DNA from: an uncultured Campylobacterales bacterium
GTDB lineage: Bacteria > Campylobacterota > Campylobacteria > Campylobacterales > QNZT01
Direction: 5' to 3'
DNA: 64,000 nucleotides
NCBI GenBank assembly: GCA_964443745.1
Contig: CAYUEN010000005.1
Location: 606-64,605, forward strand
How positions within the stretch are numbered: the stretch's first letter is position 1; the number at the start of each line of letters is the position of its first letter. Shown one piece after another: positions 55,138 to 64,000 of the stretch. The position numbers and the translations under genes were made by a program. The notes beneath the pieces are model-generated. The model made no database searches. It worked only from the letters and a program-made list of their open reading frames with translations, and was not told the DNA's origin.

Positions 55138-56779
55138 CCTCCTCTTTGGAGATACTTTCTTGATTTAGCAACCGATCCCTGATCGCGAAAAGTGCCGGTT
55201 TGGCTCTTTCCAGAAAAGACTTCAACTCTTTTTGAGCCTCTTCGAGCATGGAGATGCTATCGGATGCGGTCGCAACGATCGTATCGCCCATCGCATATTT
55301 CTCGACCATCTCAGCCGCGAGCAGGCGGGCACGATGGAGATCCTCCATCGCATTGGAGAACGGCTCTTCAAAAAGAAGTTTGCAAGCGACATAACCAGAA
55401 AGAGCGACCTTGAGTTTGGCGAGCATCTGTGTTCTTGATTCGATCTCCCTGTCGATATCGTTCAATGCACTACCAATCATCGTGATCTTGTCGAAATCTA
55501 TCTCGTACCAATAGGCAGTAAGCGCTTTGGCAGCCTGATAGGTCGCCTGAATTCGCTTCTCCTCTTCATTGTAACTGAGAATCTTTCTCTTGCCGAGCAA
55601 TACTTTGTCTCTAACTGCCAGAAAATCCTCCATCGTCACCTCTTTCGCCTTGCGTTTGAGTGCATGGAGTGCCGCCTCGTTGACAAGTGTAGCGAGTGAA
55701 GCTCCGCTAAATCCAACCGTCATTCTAGCGATTTCGGAGAGCTCCAGATGGTGGGGTTTGTCCTGGAGATAGACGCCTAAAATCGCCTCCCGCTCTCTGA
55801 TATCGGGTAACGAAACGAAAACACGCCTATCGAAACGCCCGGGTCTTAGCAACGCTTCGTCAAGCACTTCGATCTTGTTGGTCGCGGCGATCACGATGAC
55901 GTTGGAACTCTCTTCGAAACCATCCATCTCGGTCAGTAGTTGATTGAGCGTCGATTCACGTTCGTCGTTTCGCATCGCACCTCTCGCTTTTCCCACCGCA
56001 TCGATTTCGTCGATGAAAATGATGGAGGGGGCGTAACGTTTGGCGTTTTGAAAGAGTTCACTGACCCGTTTGGCTCCCATTCCGACATAGATCTGTACGA
56101 AAGAGGCACCACTTTGATAAAAGAAAGGTACATTGGCCTCGCCGGCGACCGCCTTGGCGATGAGAGTCTTGCCCACGCCGGGAGGCCCGATCAAAAGCAC
56201 ACCCCTGGGCATTTTGATGCCGAAGGCTTGGTATTTTTCCGGATTTTTCAAAAAATCCACCACTTCAGCGAGCTCCTCTTTGACACCCTCGATTCCCGCC
56301 ACATCTTTAAAAGTCACTTCCGAAACGGCCGGTGCGATTTTTCGATGGAATTGATAGGCATCCAGATTGAAGGCGAGATTTTGCTGATCTTTTCCCTCTT
56401 CTTCACGTGTTCGTCTGGTTCTTCTGCCAAAGAGAAGAATCAAAAGCAGAAGCGAAAAGAGAAGAACAAGTACAAAACGCTCTTCAGGGTGCAATCCCGA
56501 TGTATCTATCTCAACCGGCACCTTGTCCAGCAACTCTTGAAGATCGATTCCCTCCTTGATGATCGCATAACGGTCTTCGTCTGTATAGAGAATCACCCTC
56601 TCCGTATCGATTCGCGCCTTGGTAAAGAGATCGTTTTTCAAAAAGGAGCGGTATGTGTGCATATCGATCGTTTTGATCGGTTTTTGGAGTGATGCGATCA
56701 TCGCCAAAGCAATAAGCATCGCGAACGCTATCGCCATAATGCGCGCTTTTTTATCTTTAAAAATCTGCAATCGTTTCAT
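55109..56779 (-). CDS. FtsH-like membrane AAA+ ATPase whose protease zinc site is lost (HExxH replaced by YQAAK)
   Basis: Two TM segments. Walker A GPPGVGKT, Walker [10 protein letters not shown] and [25 protein letters not shown]. At the HEAGH position the sequence reads [19 protein letters not shown] (55526-55540). Confidence 0.85.
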   Translation of the reverse strand: MKRLQIFKDKKARIMAIAFAMLIALAMIASLQKPIKTIDMHTYRSFLKNDLFTKARIDTERVILYTDEDRYAIIKEGIDLQELLDKVPVEIDTSGLHPEERFVLVLLFSLLLLILLFGRRTRRTREEEGKDQQNLAFNLDAYQFHRKIAPAVSEVTFKDVAGIEGVKEELAEVVDFLKNPEKYQAFGIKMPRGVLLIGPPGVGKTLIAKAVAGEANVPFFYQSGASFVQIYVGMGAKRVSELFQNAKRYAPSIIFIDEIDAVGKARGAMRNDERESTLNQLLTEMDGFEESSNVIVIAATNKIEVLDEALLRPGRFDRRVFVSLPDIREREAILGVYLQDKPHHLELSEIARMTVGFSGASLATLVNEAALHALKRKAKEVTMEDFLAVRDKVLLGKRKILSYNEEEKRIQATYQAAKALTAYWYEIDFDKITMIGSALNDIDREIESRTQMLAKLKVALSGYVACKLLFEEPFSNAMEDLHRARLLAAEMVEKYAMGDTIVATASDSISMLEEAQKELKSFLERAKPALFAIRDRLLNQESISKEEVGEIIGAVL

Positions 56780-57998
56780 CCGGTGTCACCTTTGCCTCTT
56801 TGATCACGACCCACTCTTTCAAAAGCGAAAGATCCGACTCGATCATGACGCGATTGTAATACTGATCGTATCCACTCTGGTATCTTCCTCTTCTCTCCTC
56901 CACCAAAACCACCAAATCGGTAGCGTGTGCCTTTCGGAACCGATAATTGTTTTCCTTCACGATCGCCTCGAGCTCTTTGAGACGCGCTTTGGCGATGTCA
57001 CCCGGAATTTGTTGGGATAAAGTGGCGGCATGGGTACCATCACGTCTGCTGTAGGTGAAACCATGCAGATGCGTGATGGGAAAACGCCTGAAGTTTTCGA
57101 GAGCTTCTTTCCAGATTTTATCGCTTTCACCGGGATGCCCCGTAATAAAATCGGTACCGAGTGAAAACCCTTTCTGAGCGATATATTCGAACAATTCCAA
57201 ATCGCTTTCCAGCGCATTTCGCCGCCTCATCAGACGCAGCATCGATTCGCTCGTATGTTGAAGTGCGATATGCAGATGCTTCTCCAACCAAGTCTCCTCG
57301 AGCAACTCTTTGAAAGCGTCGTCTATCTGGATCGGTTCGAGTGATCCCAGCCGGATTCGCTTGACTCCTTTGATTCGGGAGATTTTCTGTAGCAAAATCG
57401 CGATCGAACTCTTCGTATCTTTTCCGTAACTGCCGATATTTGTACCGGTAAGTACGAATTCTCCGAAACCGTGTGAAGCGAGTGTGGAGATCTGTCGCAA
57501 AATCTTCTCTTCATCCTGGCTTCTGGCATTCCCCCTGACAAAAGGAATGATACAGTAACTGCAGCGAAAATCGCATCCCTCCTGTATCTTGATGAAAGCT
57601 TTGGTTTTGGAGCTGAAATCCTCCACGATCTTCGTGTCGAGACTTTTTAGATTTCCAGGACGGAAAAACGGCTTCTCGTTTTTGAGAAGGGCATTGATGT
57701 TTTGTTTCTCGGAATGGCCGAAAACACCCTGCACCGCTCCCTTTTCAAAAAGCTCCTCTCCCTTGCTCATCGCACCGCATCCAGCCAGAATCACGCGTTT
57801 GTTCTGGCGCCGCACTCTGTTGATATAGGAGCGTACACTCGTATCCGCAGAATTGGTGACGGTACAGGAATTTACGACAACGATATCCGCTTCCGCTTCG
57901 CTTTCGACGAGTCTGAAATCTTTCAGACACGAAGCCATGATCTGGGAATCGTAGATGTTGGTACGGCAGCCGAACGTCTTAAGAAATACGCGTTTCAC
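56757..57998 (-). CDS. radical-SAM methylthiotransferase, MiaB/MtaB family
   Basis: UPF0004 N-domain FLKTFGCRTNIYDS and the radical-SAM cluster motif GCDFRCSYCIIP. Confidence 0.85.
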   Translation of the reverse strand: MKRVFLKTFGCRTNIYDSQIMASCLKDFRLVESEAEADIVVVNSCTVTNSADTSVRSYINRVRRQNKRVILAGCGAMSKGEELFEKGAVQGVFGHSEKQNINALLKNEKPFFRPGNLKSLDTKIVEDFSSKTKAFIKIQEGCDFRCSYCIIPFVRGNARSQDEEKILRQISTLASHGFGEFVLTGTNIGSYGKDTKSSIAILLQKISRIKGVKRIRLGSLEPIQIDDAFKELLEETWLEKHLHIALQHTSESMLRLMRRRNALESDLELFEYIAQKGFSLGTDFITGHPGESDKIWKEALENFRRFPITHLHGFTYSRRDGTHAATLSQQIPGDIAKARLKELEAIVKENNYRFRKAHATDLVVLVEERRGRYQSGYDQYYNRVMIESDLSLLKEWVVIKEAKVTPDETIADF

Positions 57999-59676
57999 CG
58001 CTCTCCTTCTCTGGCGAAATCGGTATGTTTGTATCGCGTTTGATATTGACTACCTGTGTCGGATAGGCGATCGCGATATCCTCCTCCTGATTGATCATAT
58101 CGATGATATTGGCGAAGATATTGCTTCTTAGCGTCAGTGTCGCATAGGAGTTTGTCATATACCAACAACTGATTCTGATGCCGTTGGGTTCCGCGAACGT
58201 ATAGATCCTGGGATCGACGTTGATGTTTTTCAGACTGTATTGACTGCGCAGCTTGTTGAGCTGTTTTCTGGAGATATCGGTATATCCCTTCGAATATTTT
58301 TTGACGATCTCCTTGATCAGATGCACCGCTTTTTTGTGGTTGGAATCGAAAGTGACCGTAATATCGATACCGTCCCACACCGTCTTGATCTTACCATGGG
58401 TATAGTTTGCAAGCAGCTCGGTAAAAATGTAGTTGTTGGGAATGAAGATCACCCGGCCGGCCCTACGGTTGTGCATATAGGTCGTCAATGTGATATCTTC
58501 GAGGATCGTCATTTTCAAAAGAGAGATGTCCACGATATCTCCTACATATTCGACCCCGTTTTTAACGGCTTTGACACGGTCCCCTACATGGAAACTACCG
58601 CCAAAAACGATCACGAGCCATCCTAAGATACTCATAAAAAGATCTTTCATCGCGATCGCGATACCGGCCGAGGCAAATCCCAATACCGTCACGAGATAGG
58701 TCACGTTCTCCAAAAAGGAGAAAAGCAAAACCAGGATGATCAGGGTGAAATTGCTGAAGTTGATGATCTTGTTGGCCATATAGTAACGCTCGTTGTCGCT
58801 GATCGTCTTTTTTGCGATAAATTTCATCAAAAAGGAGAGAAGGATGATGACAAGAACGATGATGGCGATATTGAAAAGGCGTTTCATCTGCACTTTGATG
58901 TCATCGGTCACTTTCAGGGATATGTCGTCCAATTTTTTATTGAAAATTCTATTGGTGACTGCCGCGATATCGTAAGTGGAACTGATCTCGTCAATCTCTT
59001 TCTGGAGTGTCTTGAGACGTTTGAGATTGTAGGGACTCGGATCGAGAGTGACGATCTGTTTCAAGATCCGCTCCTTTTTTCGCAACCTCTCTATCATCCC
59101 CTTGAAAGCACCCATATGGGCGTTGTACTTCTCTTTTTTGTTCTTGAGCAGTTTGAGATAGGTAAAGCCGTTGATGATATCGAAAGGCGAACCGATCGTC
59201 GGCGGCTCTTCGATATCTTTTGGTTTTGTCAACTCTTCGAAAGGAGGGGCGTTGAAGTCCTGTAGCAAATCGAGCTGGTTTTTCAGTGCCTTTTCCGTTT
59301 TGGTCAACTCCTGAAAATGGTGTTTGTCCATCTGTGCCCCAGGAGCGGCGAGCTCCTTTTTGGTCTCTTCAAGAGCGTGTTTGATCTCCAGATAGGTAAG
59401 ATGGTTGTTGTATCTGGTATACCACAGATCCTTTTTCAAAGCGGCGTTTAATTCTTCGAGTTTCTCGTTCAGTTCCAAAAGACGCTGTTTGGTCTGTGCC
59501 GCTTTGTGTTGCTCTTCCAACTGGCCTGCTGATTCGATGGAAGAGAGATTGTTTTCCACTACCGTCCCATTTCTCTCCTCTGTGGCATTCTCCTCCGCAT
59601 GTAATATCGATGTGATCGACACTATCAGCAGGAACAACACCTTCATCAGGGTGGACTTACCCGGCACGGAATGCAT
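57979..59676 (-). CDS. MscS-family mechanosensitive channel with a long periplasmic coiled-coil N-domain (MscK-like)
   Basis: ATG 6 nt after GGAGG, plus a signal peptide. Pore and beta-domain region LFMSILGWLVIVFGGSFHVGDRVKAV...VGDIVDISLLKMTILED...IPNN. Confidence 0.85.
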   Translation of the reverse strand: MHSVPGKSTLMKVLFLLIVSITSILHAEENATEERNGTVVENNLSSIESAGQLEEQHKAAQTKQRLLELNEKLEELNAALKKDLWYTRYNNHLTYLEIKHALEETKKELAAPGAQMDKHHFQELTKTEKALKNQLDLLQDFNAPPFEELTKPKDIEEPPTIGSPFDIINGFTYLKLLKNKKEKYNAHMGAFKGMIERLRKKERILKQIVTLDPSPYNLKRLKTLQKEIDEISSTYDIAAVTNRIFNKKLDDISLKVTDDIKVQMKRLFNIAIIVLVIILLSFLMKFIAKKTISDNERYYMANKIINFSNFTLIILVLLFSFLENVTYLVTVLGFASAGIAIAMKDLFMSILGWLVIVFGGSFHVGDRVKAVKNGVEYVGDIVDISLLKMTILEDITLTTYMHNRRAGRVIFIPNNYIFTELLANYTHGKIKTVWDGIDITVTFDSNHKKAVHLIKEIVKKYSKGYTDISRKQLNKLRSQYSLKNINVDPRIYTFAEPNGIRISCWYMTNSYATLTLRSNIFANIIDMINQEEDIAIAYPTQVVNIKRDTNIPISPEKESGETRIS

Positions 59677-60706
59677 CCAGCACCTCCATTACAGTGCTTT
59701 TGGGTATATCGTTTCTGATTTCGTATGCACCGATCGGATGGGGAAGGATAAAAGTTATTTCACCTTCACTCGCCTTTTTGTCCAGAAAGAACGCCTGATA
59801 GAATCGCTCCGGATCGTCGATCGCATAGGTGGTGGGAAGTCCGGACCTTTCGAGAAAACGTTTTATACGTTGAACCTCTTCTTCGTCGAGATAGCCGAGT
59901 TTTCGGGCCAGAAGATTGGCCATATGCATACCGATGGCCACCGCTTCACCATGGAGGTAACGACTATAGCCTGTCAGATTTTCGATCACATGTGCGAAAG
60001 TGTGTCCATAATTGAGTACTGCCCGTACGCCCCGCTCTTTTTCATCCAACCTCACCACCTCCGCTTTGGTCTCGACACTCTTTTGTATCGCGTATGCCAG
60101 ATTCTCCTCTTCTTTCAGATCGGCCTCTTCGAGCCAATCGAAAAAATCCGCATCGAACATGATCGCCATTTTCGCTATCTCTGCGACACCGGCAGCGAAC
60201 TCCCTGGAAGGGAGTGTACGTAAAAAACGATTTTCGATATAAACCGCTTTGGGTTGATAAAAAGCCCCTACGAGATTTTTCCCAAACCGGTTGTTGATAC
60301 CGGTTTTCCCTCCGACACTCGCATCGACCTGGGAGAGAAGTGTCGTCGGAATCTGAATGAAATCGATACCTCTTTGGAAAATGGCCGCCGCAAAACCCGT
60401 CATATCCCCAATCACTCCGCCTCCAAAAGCGATCAGTGAATCTTTTCGGCTGAAAGTGTGGTTGAACAGATTTTCGAGAATCATATCGAGACTCTGTTGA
60501 TTTTTATACCGCTCGCCATCGGGAATGGTGATGATATAGATCTCTTTCGCATCGATTCGTCCAAGCAGTGTTCCCAGATGTAGCCCCGCGACCTTTGGGT
60601 TGGTGACAATCGCCACTTTTCCCGCGATCCGAATCGTTTCCATCTGGTTGATATAGATAGGGTAGCTCTCATCCACCTGCTTCCTGAGATCGATATCGAT
60701 ACGCAT
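59657..60706 (-). CDS. aroB: 3-dehydroquinate synthase
   Basis: FGGGVIGDMTGFAAA, QIPTTLLSQVDASVGGKTGIN and NYGHTFAHVIE. Confidence 0.94.
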   Translation of the reverse strand: MRIDIDLRKQVDESYPIYINQMETIRIAGKVAIVTNPKVAGLHLGTLLGRIDAKEIYIITIPDGERYKNQQSLDMILENLFNHTFSRKDSLIAFGGGVIGDMTGFAAAIFQRGIDFIQIPTTLLSQVDASVGGKTGINNRFGKNLVGAFYQPKAVYIENRFLRTLPSREFAAGVAEIAKMAIMFDADFFDWLEEADLKEEENLAYAIQKSVETKAEVVRLDEKERGVRAVLNYGHTFAHVIENLTGYSRYLHGEAVAIGMHMANLLARKLGYLDEEEVQRIKRFLERSGLPTTYAIDDPERFYQAFFLDKKASEGEITFILPHPIGAYEIRNDIPKSTVMEVLDAFRAG

Positions 60707-60741
60707 ACTTTAAACGCTCCTTAATAAAGCTATTTATATAT

Positions 60742-60747
60742 ATTATA
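60742..60747 (-). promoter_or_regulatory. candidate internal -10 (TATAAT) upstream of aroB
   Basis: The minus strand reads CTGTATAATATAT about 35 nt before the aroB ATG, with SD AAGGAG. Confidence 0.35.
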
Positions 60748-60770
60748 CAGAAAAGAGGATTACAGACAAC

Positions 60771-62174
60771 TCAGTCGACAGGCAAAAAGAGCTGGTAACA
60801 GTCGCTCAATCTGAAATAGAGCTTTTCGATATCGGTAGAAAAGAGAGCGAATATTCGAGGTTCGAGAATTTTTTGATCAAAAGGCACGTACTGCAGAAAG
60901 TTTTTGCGCTGACTCAACTCGCGAATGGGATTTTTTTTCGATTTGAGAACACGCACCTGCTCCTGAAAAAGTTTCGCCAGATTTTCGAAGTGGGCGATTA
61001 CCTGCGCGTTGATCTCGCGGTTGGCCTCCGCGAAGTCGAAAAGGGCGATATCCAGATGAAGTTGAGCTGCGATATCGAAAATGATCGTCGATATCTTTTC
61101 GATCTTCTCCAGATCGTCACTGAGTACGACCGATTCTCTGATATTGAAAAAACCGACTTTCCCTACCTTGAAAACGGGAATGTGCAATGCATAGAGCGTT
61201 TTGATATGGTGGGTGAAAAAGGGTTGATCGGTGATGAAAAGACCTATATTGTAGTGTTCGATATCATGATGGATCACCTCTTCGTTCGGTTCGGAGTGGA
61301 AATCGATTTCGACGATCTTGTCGCCGCTGTTGTACTTTTTGAGTTTTTCCAACGCTTTTCCGTATCGGGGGTTGACGATACGAAACAGTAGCTTTTTGCT
61401 GTTGAGGTTGGCGTGCAACAACATCGCATCGTTGGTGAGCTTTTCGATTCTCTCGTCCTCCATCGTCGCCATATCGACGAAGCAGTAGATATTCTCTCCA
61501 AAAGGAACTGGAAACTGTCCAAATTCGCGATTGATGCTCTTGTAGACACTTTTAAGCACATTGGGATTGCCCACCGTCAGAATGGAGTCGTTGGGAAGCA
61601 ACATCGTCTTGGGTGTAGGCAGCAGCAGTTTGTGCTCGCGAAATATCGCGACGATACGCCATCGTTTCTGTTCGATATTGGCGATATGTCGGTAGAGATA
61701 GGGACTGCCGAAGGGAATTTTCATCTCCATGATCTCTCCGGTTCCAAGGCCGAGGTTTTGAGCGAAAAGCGGAATGTCCGGAAGATAGTTGCTCAGGATA
61801 TTGGAAAGGGTATCGTGTGCGTTGATGAGCGTGAGTGCCTGATCGTCGAATTCGAGATTCCAGCGATCAAGAAGCACAAGAGGCAACTCCTTGTCCGTTT
61901 TGCGGATATTTTGGTAAGTCGCCAGCAGATCGGTTTTGCTCGAAAGCAACAAAAAAGCTTGATAAAATCCAAACCCTTCCAGAAGAGTTTCGAGTTTGGT
62001 ACAACTGGTCGGATCGAATTTGTAATAGAAAAAATGCTCCGTTTTATGAGATGGAAGGGTGGAGTCGTTGTAATAGACGATATAGTAGCGGTTACCGGCT
62101 GTATCGAGGTTCGCGACCCTTTGCAAAAAGGCTTTGGCGGTCATTCCGTCGGCGACAATTAGAATCTTTTTCAT
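60771..62174 (-). CDS. hypothetical protein with a Rossmann-like N-terminus, an RCK_C/TrkA-C-like domain and an unassigned C-terminal half of about 230 aa
   Basis: MKKILIVADGMTAKAFLQRV, then GEIMEMKIPFGSPYLYRHIANIEQKRWRIVAIFREHKLLLPTPKTMLLPNDSILTVGNP (TrkA-C pattern). ATG 62174 overlaps the upstream stop (ATGA). Confidence 0.65.
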   Translation of the reverse strand: MKKILIVADGMTAKAFLQRVANLDTAGNRYYIVYYNDSTLPSHKTEHFFYYKFDPTSCTKLETLLEGFGFYQAFLLLSSKTDLLATYQNIRKTDKELPLVLLDRWNLEFDDQALTLINAHDTLSNILSNYLPDIPLFAQNLGLGTGEIMEMKIPFGSPYLYRHIANIEQKRWRIVAIFREHKLLLPTPKTMLLPNDSILTVGNPNVLKSVYKSINREFGQFPVPFGENIYCFVDMATMEDERIEKLTNDAMLLHANLNSKKLLFRIVNPRYGKALEKLKKYNSGDKIVEIDFHSEPNEEVIHHDIEHYNIGLFITDQPFFTHHIKTLYALHIPVFKVGKVGFFNIRESVVLSDDLEKIEKISTIIFDIAAQLHLDIALFDFAEANREINAQVIAHFENLAKLFQEQVRVLKSKKNPIRELSQRKNFLQYVPFDQKILEPRIFALFSTDIEKLYFRLSDCYQLFLPVD

Positions 62175-62548
62175 TTGAGAACCTTTTGACAATGGCAGTG
62201 ATGCAGAAGCACCATCTGTTTCGTATCCTCTCTTCGAAGATAACACGCTCCCCCTCTTTCAAACAGATGGAAGGTTACGAATCTGACATCCTTATCCATT
62301 TTGCTCCGCTGTTCATGCTCCTGCCGTGTAGTCAGATCAAGCCGGCTCTTTTGGACGAAGGGGGGAGAGAAGAGTTTCAGATGCGAATACTTCAACAACG
62401 AAGAAATCGCCTTTTGAACCTCTTTTTCGCATATATCGGAACGCTGGGGAAGATAGGCTTCATGATAGTGCGTTGCACACCCTTGTACGAAAAGAGCCAT
62501 AATGAAAGAGAGAGATTTAATAAGCACCGATCTCCCTCCTGAAGCCAA
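62171..62548 (-). CDS. small putative lipoprotein (125 aa)
   Basis: LIKSLSFIMALFVQGC is lipobox-like. Overlaps the S41 gene end and is coupled by ATGA to the downstream gene. The start is uncertain. Confidence 0.5.
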   Translation of the reverse strand: MASGGRSVLIKSLSFIMALFVQGCATHYHEAYLPQRSDICEKEVQKAISSLLKYSHLKLFSPPFVQKSRLDLTTRQEHEQRSKMDKDVRFVTFHLFERGGACYLRREDTKQMVLLHHCHCQKVLK

Positions 62549-63830
62549 TCAACGCTCTGTGTGTGCTTTTCAAAACACCTCTGGAAGATCTGCTACATCT
62601 ACCCGTACCGATGAACGTAAGGGTCTCCTTGAGCATCGACTCATCCGGATCCGCGAAGAGATGAGCGGGATCGTCCGATGCCGCGCACTCCGGATCGATT
62701 CCGTCGAAATACTCACCCACTCCGTCACTGTTGTAGAGGGCAAATTCGACGGGTGCGATGTGTTTGTCGCAAAACTCCGCTCCATACATCCCCACAGGTT
62801 TTCCACAAGTGCGCTCTCCGATCGTATATACCTCTGCGGCGGCGTTGGAGGCACGCAATGCATTGATCAACGCTTCACTTGCCGAACATGTGTCCTCTGT
62901 AGTGATCAGATAGATAGTATCGATCGAAAGGGCGTTTTCGGAAGCGGCAGGATAGCGGAGCGACCAATCCCTTCCCCGATATTTGTCGTTGTGTCTGATT
63001 CGCAACATCACCTTGTGGTTCATACCCGCTCCCAGGATCAAAGATGCCAGATCGGCCGCGATATTGAGCCGTCCCCCGCCATTGTATCTCAAATCGAGAA
63101 TCAGAACGTCCACCCCACTCGTTTTGAAACGGCGAAAGCTCTCTTCGAGTTCATCCGAAGCTGGAGAGATGAAACTGTTGAAAAGAAGATATCCCACTTT
63201 GTGGTTTTGAACATCAAATACAGCCTCGGAAAGTACCGTTTTGATCGTCACGACCGCTTTGGAAAGGTTCAATTCTTCGATACTTCCGTCGCGTTTACGG
63301 AGAGAAAAAGTCGTTCTTACGCCCACTTTCTCCTCTCCGAAAATCGTTTCGGTCAAGTTTTGCTCTACGATTTCACCGATCGTTCTGCCATTGATTTCAA
63401 GGATGGCGTCGCCTCGCTGCATTCCTCCATCCTCCGCAGGAGAATCGGGATAGACGAACAAAACAATAGAGCGGTTGTGCTCCTCTTCGATCTGAAAACG
63501 AAAACCGTATCCGATATACTTTCCCTCTTCAAAATAGTTGTTGTAAGCCGTCTGGGTCGTAATATAGCTCCATCTGTCCAGAGGCTTATATTTGAGTGCT
63601 TCCAGCAAAGCTTCGGGAGAATCGTAACGCGAATCGTTGTAATCGAGCCAAGGCACTTTGTCGTACCAAAGATAGGTGTCGTGCATGACACGATAGACGA
63701 ACGCCTTCTGCATCGAAAGCGTACACTCCTGGGGAGGGGGAATCGTAGAGATCGGCTCCTGATGCTCGAAACACCCCTCGATAAGAGTCGCGATCATCAG
63801 AAGGAGTGTCATCAAAAATGAAATACGCAC
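62517..63830 (-). CDS. peptidase S41 family lipoprotein with a PDZ domain
   Basis: Lipobox LLMIATLIEGC. PDZ PDSPAEDGGMQRGDAILEINGRTI. S41 core VLILDLRYNGGGRL, TCSASEALINAL and ERTCGKP. Confidence 0.85.
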   Translation of the reverse strand: MRISFLMTLLLMIATLIEGCFEHQEPISTIPPPQECTLSMQKAFVYRVMHDTYLWYDKVPWLDYNDSRYDSPEALLEALKYKPLDRWSYITTQTAYNNYFEEGKYIGYGFRFQIEEEHNRSIVLFVYPDSPAEDGGMQRGDAILEINGRTIGEIVEQNLTETIFGEEKVGVRTTFSLRKRDGSIEELNLSKAVVTIKTVLSEAVFDVQNHKVGYLLFNSFISPASDELEESFRRFKTSGVDVLILDLRYNGGGRLNIAADLASLILGAGMNHKVMLRIRHNDKYRGRDWSLRYPAASENALSIDTIYLITTEDTCSASEALINALRASNAAAEVYTIGERTCGKPVGMYGAEFCDKHIAPVEFALYNSDGVGEYFDGIDPECAASDDPAHLFADPDESMLKETLTFIGTGRCSRSSRGVLKSTHRALIGFRREIGAY

Positions 63831-63838
63831 GACAATCC

Positions 63839-64000
63839 TTAAAACAGTGTTTGTTGTATATGTTTGGGCTTCTCTTTTTTCGAAAGCTTCAACGATTTTA
63901 GATACTCCTGTGCCAACGTCAGGTTTTTGATATAGTCACTTCTATCCAATACGCACCGGGATAGAGAGATCGATCCCATCAGCAGCGTCAGGAGGAAATG
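63839..64000 (-). CDS. 3' part of a small ORF running out of the window (possible lipoprotein)
   Basis: Hand translation gives ...HFLLTLLMGSISLSRCVLDRSDYIKNLTLAQEYLKSLKLSKKEKPKHIQQTLF*. The start is not resolved. Confidence 0.3.
   Translation of the reverse strand, partial: HFLLTLLMGSISLSRCVLDRSDYIKNLTLAQEYLKSLKLSKKEKPKHIQQTLF

Noticed and set aside
62502-63821. 439-aa plus-strand ORF
   Set aside because: Codon-aligned antisense shadow of the S41 peptidase lipoprotein gene.
1-64000. CRISPR arrays, transposons or IS elements, prophage genes, toxin-antitoxin pairs and known defence systems
   Set aside because: I saw no short direct-repeat/spacer array, no transposase, integrase, recombinase or capsid-like ORF, and no small paired ORFs with toxin-antitoxin features. 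Essentially every gap is under 250 nt and is flanked by housekeeping genes.

Overview
Gene-dense chromosomal core segment, roughly 90% coding. It is best explained as Campylobacterota (Epsilonproteobacteria). That assignment is an inference from content and synteny: flgH, a stand-alone atpE, a ctp-purC-purS-purQ-x-plsC-htpG block, class II DAHP synthase, a MurF with a hydrophobic N-terminus, an FtsH paralogue and a long purD leader. All calls were made by eye from the ORF track and the sequence, with no searches run, so start codons are the least certain part. I call about 62 protein genes, two tandem tRNA-Leu genes, one probable pseudogene and a few promoter and terminator candidates. Content by theme:
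- Purine genes: guaA 3' end, purD, purL, purQ-purS-purC.
- Envelope genes: lptD, an MCE protein, lpxD, plsC, murF, two S41 peptidases, a FadL-type porin.
- The rpmH-rnpA-yidD-yidC-jag-mnmE operon.
- Other housekeeping: ilvIH, htpG, glyS, valS, pnp, aroB, DAHP synthase, mogA, kbp, flgH, rmuC.
I see no rRNA, CRISPR array, transposase, integrase, phage gene or recognisable defence or toxin module. I do not find a convincing novel multi-gene system in this window. The most unusual observations are:
1. rnpA and mnmE, in the same operon, have no ATG/GTG/TTG that preserves their conserved N-termini. Each has an SD-preceded in-frame ATT or ATC overlapping the end of the upstream gene.
2. One chemoreceptor combines a periplasmic CxxCH heme-c type sensor with a C-terminal PilZ domain.
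3. A secreted-protein gene is interrupted by a single in-frame TAG.
4. A 447-aa orphan is coupled to a 41-aa membrane peptide.
5. A long MCE protein is translationally coupled to lptD.
6. An FtsH paralogue has lost its HExxH site.
7. There are window-wide composition effects: the codon-aligned antisense frame is almost free of stop codons, and GATC looks about 3-4x over-represented in hand-counted samples.
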